The notes under the pieces are model-generated. The model was not told where the DNA came from, ran no database searches, and worked only from the letters and a program-made list of their open reading frames with translations. A DNA stretch of 39,296 nt. Origin: Patescibacteria group bacterium (GTDB taxonomy: Bacteria; Patescibacteriota; Microgenomatia; Levybacterales; UBA12049). The position numbers and the translations under genes are program-made. Positions 18,039 through 25,934 of this stretch are shown here, in pieces. Location: positions 1-39,296 of the forward strand of contig JBBTYY010000063.1 of assembly GCA_038061615.1 (NCBI GenBank), written 5' to 3'. Every line of letters starts with the position of its first letter. The stretch's first letter is position 1.

Positions 18039-19392
18039 TATAGTTCTTAACTGCCCAGACGCTTAAAAGCAGAACAATAACTAACGAAAAATAATTAATA
18101 TACATAGATAATTTTTTTGTTTTTGGAATAAATAGGGGAAGCATAGATAAACCAAATAATATTAAGAAAAATCTAAAAACTATAAACGAAAAGCCTAGGG
18201 TTTGTGCCCAACTAAGTTCAAGCATTGAAAGACCTGTGAGAATTAAGAATAAGAACGTCAATGTGTAATTCTTATTAAAGTATTCTTTTAAAAATAAGGC
18301 GGTTGATATTGTTAAAAACGGATAAAATGGGTATCTATACCATCCATGTTCAGCGTCACCTGAGACCGCAGTTACAAAAAAAATGAAATAAGAAAGAAAT
18401 GGAAAAATCACAAATATATTTTTCTTAAGGTCTTTAACCATAAGCAAAAAAACTCCAAACCACCCAAAATAAATCCACCCATCGATCATAAATCTATCGG
18501 CAAGATAAGGAGAAGTTAAGAACGAAAAGAAACTGTTGAATGTAAGATTAAATCTGTGAAGTTGGAGCTGCCAAAGAGAGAAAAAAACTTCCCTATCGAA
18601 TAAAGTGCCGTAGACAAAAAATAATAGAAAAATTGGAACTACTATTAATAGGAATTTAAATATATCTTTATATTTTCTAAGAAATAAGAATATGAATACA
18701 ATCGAAAGCGTAGCGGTAATCCAAGGCACTTTAGCCAAAGTTAAAAGTCCGCATATTATTGCAGCTATATTTCTAAACCAGGGATTTTTAGTTTTTAGAA
18801 ATCTTGAAATCAAATATAATGAAAGCAAGAAGAATGGAATAAAAAAATTTTCATTCTGAACTATCCTTGAACCTACTACAATAGTCGGGGTTATTGCGTA
18901 AATAAAGGTTGAAAGCAAACCAATCCTATGGCCATACACTTCTTTTGCCAATAGGAAAACCATAAAGATACTTAATGTTCCCAATGCAAGTGCCAATCCC
19001 CGGATGTTTTGAAGATTGACATGATACATATCCCTAGCACCTGAAAGCAGTGCGTAAGATCCTGCAACAAGACCAAACAGGGGTGGGTGCTCAAGGTAGG
19101 GTCTTACCAAAACAAATCCTGTTTTTTGATAAATAATTTCTCTTCTATTATTATACTGCTGATAGTAAGACCACGAAACAGGCTCATGATTTTGAATCAG
19201 ATTAATTCCTAACCAAGTCCAGGCATATTCATCAAATGTAGCACCTTGTCTTGGCCAAGTATAGAGATTATGATTTCTTAAAAATAATCCTAGAATTAAA
19301 ATAAAACCTAAAATTATGTATCTATATTTTTGTAACATATACTTTAGAATATTTGATGTTAGATTATCTTGACTTATTTGAATTTGAATCAT
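18028..19392 (-). CDS. GT-C membrane glycosyltransferase, GT39/PMT/ArnT-like (short form)
   Basis: 454 aa, about 12 hydrophobic helices. The first-loop acidic motif is GATFDEYAWTWLGINLIQNHEP. Confidence 0.65.
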   Translation of the reverse strand: MIQIQISQDNLTSNILKYMLQKYRYIILGFILILGLFLRNHNLYTWPRQGATFDEYAWTWLGINLIQNHEPVSWSYYQQYNNRREIIYQKTGFVLVRPYLEHPPLFGLVAGSYALLSGARDMYHVNLQNIRGLALALGTLSIFMVFLLAKEVYGHRIGLLSTFIYAITPTIVVGSRIVQNENFFIPFFLLSLYLISRFLKTKNPWFRNIAAIICGLLTLAKVPWITATLSIVFIFLFLRKYKDIFKFLLIVVPIFLLFFVYGTLFDREVFFSLWQLQLHRFNLTFNSFFSFLTSPYLADRFMIDGWIYFGWFGVFLLMVKDLKKNIFVIFPFLSYFIFFVTAVSGDAEHGWYRYPFYPFLTISTALFLKEYFNKNYTLTFLFLILTGLSMLELSWAQTLGFSFIVFRFFLILFGLSMLPLFIPKTKKLSMYINYFSLVIVLLLSVWAVKNYNEQ

Positions 19393-19404
19393 TGATATCT
19401 AGAT

Positions 19405-19457
19405 TTCAAGAATTCAAAAATTCAACTTCAAGAATATCCAACTTCTAACTTCAAGAA
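19405..19457. repeat. three direct copies of TTCAAGAA (TTCTTGAA on the coding strand) phased at 22-23 bp in the 72-nt intergenic gap
   Basis: Copies at 19405-19412, 19427-19434 and 19450-19457. The last two are exact 11-mers aacttcaagaa (19424-19434 and 19447-19457). Confidence 0.85.
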
Positions 19458-19464
19458 CTATCTA

Positions 19465-20583
19465 CTACTCTACTTCATTCTTACTTCTTAATACTTCATT
19501 CAGCAAGGCTTCGCTTTGCTTCGTAGCTTTTTCCCAGGTTAAGCTTTTTGCCCATTCTAAACCATTTTTTTGAAATCTAACATATTTTTCTTTACTATTT
19601 AATAATTCGATTGCTCTTTCACCCATTTCACTGGGTGTATTTTTAGCTATTACAATCCCCGTTTCTCCGTTAATTACCGAATCCTTAAGACCTGAAACAT
19701 TATATACAACGCTTGGCGTCCCCTGGCTTGCCGCTTCTATAACAACTAATCCCCAGCCTTCTTTTACTGACGCGTGTAAAAGCAAATGAGCTTTTTGCAT
19801 GAGTTCTAATTTTTTATTATCATCTACTTTTCCAAAAAACTTAACTTTTGTTGAAATTGAATAGGATTTCATTGTTTCCTTAAGCTCATTCACATATTTT
19901 TTATCTCCGTCGCCTACAATCCAAAGTTTTGCATCCTTTAAATCCTCAAGTATATAAGAAAATGCTCTGACTACTTCATCTATTCCCTTCATCTTCACTA
20001 CTCTACTAACAAAAATAAAAGTTGGATTTTTTTCCTTTTCGGGAAGCTTATTCAAAACTTTATTATTTATAGGACAATTTATTGCTATGCAGTTTTTCTT
20101 TTTAATTCCCATTTTTACCAAATCATCGATTGTTGAATCCGCATCTGTCCAGAATTGAATATTTTTATAAAGTTTAAAATACAAAGGTTCAATAAATTTT
20201 CCAATTCTATTTACAGGAAACGGAAACATATAGTCCCATATTTCCCGCGCTACTTCATGTATTAATACTAATTTAGGTTTTCTTACATAAAGTGGCGTAA
20301 AAAATGGAAGGCCATGGATCTGGTCTATTACCAGATCAAATTTATATCCTGAAAAAAAATAGAAAAACGGGGCGAGCAGGTATACGGTAATAAAATTTCC
20401 GCGCCGTACGATATTGACTCTCTCCAATTTTTCCTTATCCTTAGATCCTTTAAATCTAGACGTAAACCACGTTACTTGATGGCCCTTTTTTATCCAAAAT
20501 TTTGCATGTTCCATTGTAACTATCTCTGCTCCCCCGCTTTTTGGATTTTTAATATCTCGCCAATTTAGTATTAATATTTTCAT
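19465..20583 (-). CDS. family 4 (GT-B) glycosyltransferase
   Basis: KILILNW..GGAEIV at the N-terminus. The C-terminal part has SVKEGWGLVVIEAASQGTPSVV (EX7E). Confidence 0.9.
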   Translation of the reverse strand: MKILILNWRDIKNPKSGGAEIVTMEHAKFWIKKGHQVTWFTSRFKGSKDKEKLERVNIVRRGNFITVYLLAPFFYFFSGYKFDLVIDQIHGLPFFTPLYVRKPKLVLIHEVAREIWDYMFPFPVNRIGKFIEPLYFKLYKNIQFWTDADSTIDDLVKMGIKKKNCIAINCPINNKVLNKLPEKEKNPTFIFVSRVVKMKGIDEVVRAFSYILEDLKDAKLWIVGDGDKKYVNELKETMKSYSISTKVKFFGKVDDNKKLELMQKAHLLLHASVKEGWGLVVIEAASQGTPSVVYNVSGLKDSVINGETGIVIAKNTPSEMGERAIELLNSKEKYVRFQKNGLEWAKSLTWEKATKQSEALLNEVLRSKNEVE

Positions 20584-21353
20584 TATTCAAATTTTTTCCA
20601 ATTTTTCTTATTTTTCTTTCTATAAAATTTTATTACTCTCACTCGATAGAAAACAGCTAAAGTATCTATAAACATTTTTATAATTATTTTCCAAAGATTT
20701 GTAGACGAAATAGAGGAATTTCCTTTAAAACTTAACTTTATTGGCGCCTCATAGATTCTCTTATAGCCTAGAGCATATGCAAGAGCCAATATTTCGATAT
20801 CAAAAGCAAATTTGTCGACAAGTAGTCTTGGAAAAACATCTTTAACGACTTTTCTTTTAAATAATTTTATTCCTGTCTGAGTATCCTTAATTCCAAATCC
20901 AAAAATAATATGAGTAAAAGTTCTATATCCCCATGAAAGTATTCTTCTCACAAGCGGGTAGTCAACCTGCGAGACTGGATGAAGCTTGCTACCAACAATT
21001 ATATCTGCGTCATACCACTCCATATGATTCAAGAGCATAGATATCGCGACTGGATCAAGATCCATTCCAGCGTCTATAAATCCGACTACATCTCCTACAG
21101 CTTTCTCAACACCGTATTTAATTGCATATCCTTTTCCTTTGTTGTCTTGATATCCATAAACTTTAATATTTTTGTTTTTGATTTTTTTAATTTCTTCAAA
21201 AGTTTTATCCAGGAACCCATCAACAACTACTATAATTTCGTAATTAGTGTTCAATGATGCCAAAACGTTATTAAGTGTCGCAAGATCTTTTACTATGGTC
21301 TTCTCTTGTTTGTAGGCAGGAACTACAAGAGATAAAAAATTGCTTTCTTTCAT
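20583..21353 (-). CDS. GT2, polyprenyl-phosphate sugar synthase-like (DPM1/GtrB/CsbB-type)
   Basis: LSLVVPAYKQEKTI, YEIIVVVDG, FIDAGMDLDP, and a single C-terminal amphipathic/hydrophobic helix. The ORF-track start at 21356 is TTG. The ATG at 21353 forms an ATGA overlap with the upstream stop. Confidence 0.65.
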   Translation of the reverse strand: MKESNFLSLVVPAYKQEKTIVKDLATLNNVLASLNTNYEIIVVVDGFLDKTFEEIKKIKNKNIKVYGYQDNKGKGYAIKYGVEKAVGDVVGFIDAGMDLDPVAISMLLNHMEWYDADIIVGSKLHPVSQVDYPLVRRILSWGYRTFTHIIFGFGIKDTQTGIKLFKRKVVKDVFPRLLVDKFAFDIEILALAYALGYKRIYEAPIKLSFKGNSSISSTNLWKIIIKMFIDTLAVFYRVRVIKFYRKKNKKNWKKFE

Positions 21354-21907
21354 CAAGAGGATAAATTTTTAATGTGTTTGCGCACAAGATTCCAAGAAAA
21401 TAATTGATCATCAGATGTTTTGATACTTGCTTCATGATATGAAATTCTTTTTTCTTCTTCCGGATTATATAGACCTGTTGGGAAATTAATAAGAACTGCA
21501 GACTCTTTAGATACAACCATAAACCCGTGCAAAGTTTTCCGGGGTATTAATATCATGTAGGGATTTTTTCTTGCATTTATATAAAAAAGATTTAGTAAGC
21601 CGTTTGTTGGCGAATTTCCTCTATTATCTGCAACCGCAACGATAATCTCACCTTTTACGACGGAAAACCTATCATCCTGAACTGTGGGATGATAATGCCA
21701 AACATCCTCATCTCTGGCCACGCCCGGAGGAGTTTCGGAATAGTACTGCATGAAAAATTCCCTGCCTTCACCATATATATCGTCCCAGTCCTTTCTTAAT
21801 GTCTCAACCAAAACCCCCGAAGAATCTTTATTGACCTTATACGGATGCATGACAACATCTTTAATGATTTTCTGACTATCTTTGTTTTTAAGAGTGATAA
21901 ATTCCAT
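21353..21907 (-). CDS. RmlC-like cupin, putative nucleotide-sugar 3,5-epimerase or ketoisomerase
   Basis: 184 aa. The beta-barrel core is VWHYHPTVQDDRFSVVKGEIIVAVAD and the N-terminal part has DSSGVLVETLRKDW. The size and His pattern resemble dTDP-4-dehydrorhamnose 3,5-epimerase relatives. Confidence 0.55.
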   Translation of the reverse strand: MEFITLKNKDSQKIIKDVVMHPYKVNKDSSGVLVETLRKDWDDIYGEGREFFMQYYSETPPGVARDEDVWHYHPTVQDDRFSVVKGEIIVAVADNRGNSPTNGLLNLFYINARKNPYMILIPRKTLHGFMVVSKESAVLINFPTGLYNPEEEKRISYHEASIKTSDDQLFSWNLVRKHIKNLSS

Positions 21908-23190
21908 TAGTTTGATTGTATAACAAAATTATTGAAATAATAAGAGAGCAGGAAAATAAGAAGAGCTGTAGAGACAGCTAGGGAAACCCCGATGATTTCA
22001 TAAAAATTATTATGGTAGAAAAATATTAGCACTGTCTGCAAAATTGATGAACCAACAACAGCTGGTGCTATTTTTGTTTTACCTAGGGAGAGAAAGAAAT
22101 TAACACAAACATTAACAAGACTAAATACAGTTAAATATAATCCAAAGAATCCTAAATATTTTGCCACAGAAAGATAATCTCTTCCTCCCAGAAATAAATT
22201 AATAACAATTTCAGGAAAAAGAAAATAAAACACCGTAATTGCCAGAGACGGCAGGAGAACAAGTATAAGAGCCAGATAAAAAAGGCTGTTAAAATTTTTG
22301 CCCGTACTGTGTCTTTTTACAAGAAGCGGAAACATTACCATAGGAATTGGAAATGTAAAATAAAAAATAACCTTACCTATTAACGAAAGTCCCGCGTAAA
22401 ATCCTGCTTCCTGCGGATTAAAAAAATGTTTTACCAAAATCACATCCATGGATGTAAAAGCAGTTAGAGATAAAATTGTTACAAATGCCGGAATTGCAAA
22501 AGAATAGATCTCGTCTGTTTTTATTGAAATATCTTTATTTTTTACTTTTAATAAAATCATTTCTCTAAGCGGGTAAAATCCAATTAAAAAGGACGCAAAA
22601 GTCATAAAAAAGATTGACCAAAGTCCTCCAAATGCTCTAAAACCAAGATATATAAGTGCAACACCCACTAAAAGCTTTATCAAGCCGCTAACTGACGTTA
22701 CCAAAGATATAAAACTAAACTTAAGAAGACTTTGTAAAAATGCACCATTTAATACATTTAAATAAAAAGCCGCTACTGTAACACCAGCCAATACTACATA
22801 CCAGACATTGTCTAAGCGCAAAAAATTACTTATTGGAATGGATAAAACAGCAAAAAGTAAAAATATAAAAAAAGAAAGACAAAGTATAAATTTGAGAAAT
22901 TTTATATAAAGAAGCTTGAGCTTTTCAATTTGATTTTTTGCATGATAGACGGTTGCAAATTTTACAATAATTGTGTTTAAGGAAGCTGCGGGAACTGAAG
23001 CAATAATTATCACAGAGAGAAGGCTTGAAAAAATTGCATAATCTGCGTACGAAAGATTTCTCGCTAGGAAAACATTAAGAAGAAATGCCAGGAAATTGGC
23101 AAACATTGAACCTAAGAAGATAAAAAAACTTCCAGTAATCAGTTCGTGCTTAATTAATTTCTGACTTAATCCTAAAATATTATCTTTCAT
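21907..23190 (-). CDS. Wzx-like oligosaccharide/polysaccharide flippase (MOP superfamily)
   Basis: 427 aa and about 12-14 hydrophobic helices spread over the whole length, with no soluble domain. It sits between glycosyltransferase genes. Confidence 0.65.
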   Translation of the reverse strand: MKDNILGLSQKLIKHELITGSFFIFLGSMFANFLAFLLNVFLARNLSYADYAIFSSLLSVIIIASVPAASLNTIIVKFATVYHAKNQIEKLKLLYIKFLKFILCLSFFIFLLFAVLSIPISNFLRLDNVWYVVLAGVTVAAFYLNVLNGAFLQSLLKFSFISLVTSVSGLIKLLVGVALIYLGFRAFGGLWSIFFMTFASFLIGFYPLREMILLKVKNKDISIKTDEIYSFAIPAFVTILSLTAFTSMDVILVKHFFNPQEAGFYAGLSLIGKVIFYFTFPIPMVMFPLLVKRHSTGKNFNSLFYLALILVLLPSLAITVFYFLFPEIVINLFLGGRDYLSVAKYLGFFGLYLTVFSLVNVCVNFFLSLGKTKIAPAVVGSSILQTVLIFFYHNNFYEIIGVSLAVSTALLIFLLSYYFNNFVIQSN

Positions 23191-24294
23191 TTATCTTTCT
23201 AAAATATATTTATAAGTATCTATAGTATTCCGAGCAGTCTTTTTCCATGAAAATTTTTGAGCTTGTACTATTCCCTTTTCGGAAAGTTCTTTTCTTAATC
23301 TAGTATCTGAGAAAACCTTCCTAATTCCATCGGAAATACTATCAACGTCATAAGCATCTACATAAAATGCCGCATCTCCTGCCACCTCAGTAAGAGACCC
23401 TTCTCTTGACGTAACTACGGGACATCCGCACGACATCGCCTCTAGAACCGGAAGACCAAATCCTTCATAAATACTCGGCATTACAAACACTGCTGCAATA
23501 TTGTATAAAACCACCAAATCCTGATCTGACACAAATCCGATCCGTATAATATTCTTATTTCCCTCTGATAACTTTTGTACTTTTACCAAATCCTGATTCC
23601 ATGGATTATCCTTATCAAAATCTGTGCTCAATAACGTTTTTCCTGTCATTACCAGGGGCACATCTGCTTTAATAGAAGCTTCAACTAGCCTTGGAAGGTT
23701 TTTATTCCATGTAACATCTCCTACATAAAGAGCAAATTTTTCGGGAAGATCATACTTCCTGGCAATTTTTAATTTTAAATTTTCAATTTTCAATTTACGG
23801 AACTTATCTCCTGCAGCAAGATAAACTACGTCAATTTTATTCTCTGGTATTCCTGCATATTTTATTATGTCATTCTTTGATGATATGGAATCAGTAACTA
23901 TTCTCTTTGCTTTTTTAAGAGCAAGTTTTTGAATCTGCCACTTCAATTTCCCTTTTATTCCAATAGGAAAATTTTGTGGAAAAACAAAAGGAGTTAGATC
24001 ATGAACCGTAACTACAAAAGGATTTTCGTTAAAAACCGGTAGCGTTAGAAAAAAAGGCTCAAAGTATGGATAATGTACGATACCTATATCTTTGGGTAAT
24101 TCCTGCCTGCCCTGCCCTGCCGGCAGGCGGGCGGCAGGCAAGGTTTCTCCTCGATTAAAAAATGTATACGCATTCTTGCTATCATACTTTTGCAATGATT
24201 CAATTAAGTTTTTTGTATAAAATCCCGTACCTCTCACTCTGTGCTGCAATGATGATTTACCTTCTATTGGAGAGGTATCAATCGCAATTTTCAT
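23191..24294 (-). CDS. family 4 (GT-B) glycosyltransferase carrying an in-frame GC-rich insertion
   Basis: PSIYEGFGLPVLEAMSCGCPVVTS (EX7E). The ORF-track start at 24351 lies inside the upstream gene. The ATG at 24294 (MKIAIDTSPI) forms a TAATG overlap with the upstream stop. Confidence 0.9.
   Translation of the reverse strand: MKIAIDTSPIEGKSSLQHRVRGTGFYTKNLIESLQKYDSKNAYTFFNRGETLPAARLPAGQGRQELPKDIGIVHYPYFEPFFLTLPVFNENPFVVTVHDLTPFVFPQNFPIGIKGKLKWQIQKLALKKAKRIVTDSISSKNDIIKYAGIPENKIDVVYLAAGDKFRKLKIENLKLKIARKYDLPEKFALYVGDVTWNKNLPRLVEASIKADVPLVMTGKTLLSTDFDKDNPWNQDLVKVQKLSEGNKNIIRIGFVSDQDLVVLYNIAAVFVMPSIYEGFGLPVLEAMSCGCPVVTSREGSLTEVAGDAAFYVDAYDVDSISDGIRKVFSDTRLRKELSEKGIVQAQKFSWKKTARNTIDTYKYILER
24102..24143. 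repeat. 42-nt GC-rich imperfect palindrome built from CCTGCC/GGCAGG units, in frame inside the GT4 CDS
   Basis: cctgcctgccctgccctgccggcaggcgggcggcaggcaagg. The central perfect 12-nt palindrome is cctgccggcagg. An outer cctgcc/ggcagg pair is separated from it by an asymmetric internal loop. On the minus strand it encodes LPAARLPAGQGRQ. Confidence 0.85.
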
Positions 24295-25934
24295 TATTTT
24301 ATTATACCAATCCTTTTTCTTATAAACACAAGCAACACAACTGATATGCATAAATACAGATAAGATAAATTTTGGATGAGAGTGTTTGTTAACTTAATTT
24401 CTACGAAATGACTTCCCTTCGGTACTTCTATCAGTATTTTCCCTCTAAAATTTTGAACATTGATCTTTCTTCCATCCATTTTATAAATCCAGCCAGGGAA
24501 GAATGCAGTATTGACCAACAGCTTAGAATTCTCTTCAGCATTAATCACAAGCTTGTAGTCTACAGATCGTAGATCCAAAACTTTTAAATCACCTTTCCCC
24601 TGTATAAATTCAAATTTTGAATTACTTTTCTTAGGAATCTCCGATAACCACCTGGTATTAAAAACATTTCCGGGACTATTTGTACCATCCGTAAAATTTG
24701 ACCTAGTCAAATAATGATCATCATTCCTCTGATAGTATGTTGCCCCTCTTGCATAAGACAAGCTTGTAGCTACTGCAAAAGTCACTATAGTGATAGTAAT
24801 AAAAACTTTAAATTTCTTATTGCCTATAGCTTTCGGAAGCGCACCGGCAAGAAGGGATGCGATCAGTATCTCAAGACTTAATAGTCTCCATGGAAATTGA
24901 AAATATGAAAGTAACGGCAACTGTCGCCATAACGGCTCAGAAAATGAAGTCATAAAGAAAAAAACTACAATAAAACTGGAAATAAAGAAAAGTAAGGTTT
25001 TTTTATTTTTGTAGAAAAAAATAAGTGCCAAAGATAAAATAAACGAAAGAATATTAGCAACTCCAATTTGTACAGACATTGGATTTGCTAAGTCTGAAGG
25101 AGAAAGACCGTATCCCCAGGAAGGTATTGTAAGTTGATAAATCTCCGGAAAGTTCTTTGTTGGATCAAATATTTGCAGGCCTCTGACCAAATTGGTTTCC
25201 AGAATTGCTGGAAGCCAAAAAGGAGATGAAATTCCGAATCCAGTGAAAATTATAACGATCAACCAAATGATTCCGGATTTAATATTGTCTGAATTTAAAA
25301 TCAAAAATAAAGCATAGAAAATGAAAAATCCAAAAAATAGCAAAGCCAATATATTATGAGAAAGAATAACCAAGGAAAGTGACAAACATGAAATAATAAA
25401 GAAAATATAGCTATTTTTTTTATGAAAATTTAGGTATGACCACAAAAGTATTGGAAAAACTCCAAGAGCCCATACTTCACCTACCGACCCTCTTACGTAA
25501 ATGTCGACCAAGTGATAAGGTGAAAATGTGTAGAATACTGAAGAGACCAACCCTCCCGCTTTTCCCCAATAAGATTTCGTCCAAAGATAGAAAAAAAATG
25601 AACCCGTAAGCGAAGCTAATATCATATTTAACTTAAATGAATCAATAAAACTAAATCCCAATATATGTAGAGCAGATGCAATATAATTAGGGAGCGGATA
25701 AACGTAATTAAAAAGCGGGATACCGAAGCCATTATTGAAATCAGGTGCCCACCGTGGATACAGACTTCCCTCACTCAACACTTTATAAAATTGCTGAAAC
25801 CTTAAAACATGATACTCTCCATCATGCGTGGGAGGTAAGCCTGAACTTAAAAGAGAAGCGACTGCAATAAATCCTATAGACAAAACCAAGAGCCAATCAC
25901 TATATTTTGTAAATAATTCCTTGATTATTTTCAT
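24294..25934 (-). CDS. polytopic membrane protein, YfhO-like / PTPS-related-type GT-C candidate; paralogue of 32493..34142
   Basis: The first loop LPPTHDGEYHVLRFQQFYKVLSEGSLYPRWAPDFNNGFGIPLFNYVYPLPNY aligns with LPITHDGQDHVARIANFYQNLTEGNIIPRWAGNLNWGYGHPILEFLYPLPSY. The C-terminal beta-rich domain contains AFFPGWIYKMDGRKI. The ORF-track start at 25958 is TTG and the first ATG is at 25934. Confidence 0.6.
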   Translation of the reverse strand: MKIIKELFTKYSDWLLVLSIGFIAVASLLSSGLPPTHDGEYHVLRFQQFYKVLSEGSLYPRWAPDFNNGFGIPLFNYVYPLPNYIASALHILGFSFIDSFKLNMILASLTGSFFFYLWTKSYWGKAGGLVSSVFYTFSPYHLVDIYVRGSVGEVWALGVFPILLWSYLNFHKKNSYIFFIISCLSLSLVILSHNILALLFFGFFIFYALFLILNSDNIKSGIIWLIVIIFTGFGISSPFWLPAILETNLVRGLQIFDPTKNFPEIYQLTIPSWGYGLSPSDLANPMSVQIGVANILSFILSLALIFFYKNKKTLLFFISSFIVVFFFMTSFSEPLWRQLPLLSYFQFPWRLLSLEILIASLLAGALPKAIGNKKFKVFITITIVTFAVATSLSYARGATYYQRNDDHYLTRSNFTDGTNSPGNVFNTRWLSEIPKKSNSKFEFIQGKGDLKVLDLRSVDYKLVINAEENSKLLVNTAFFPGWIYKMDGRKINVQNFRGKILIEVPKGSHFVEIKLTNTLIQNLSYLYLCISVVLLVFIRKRIGIIK

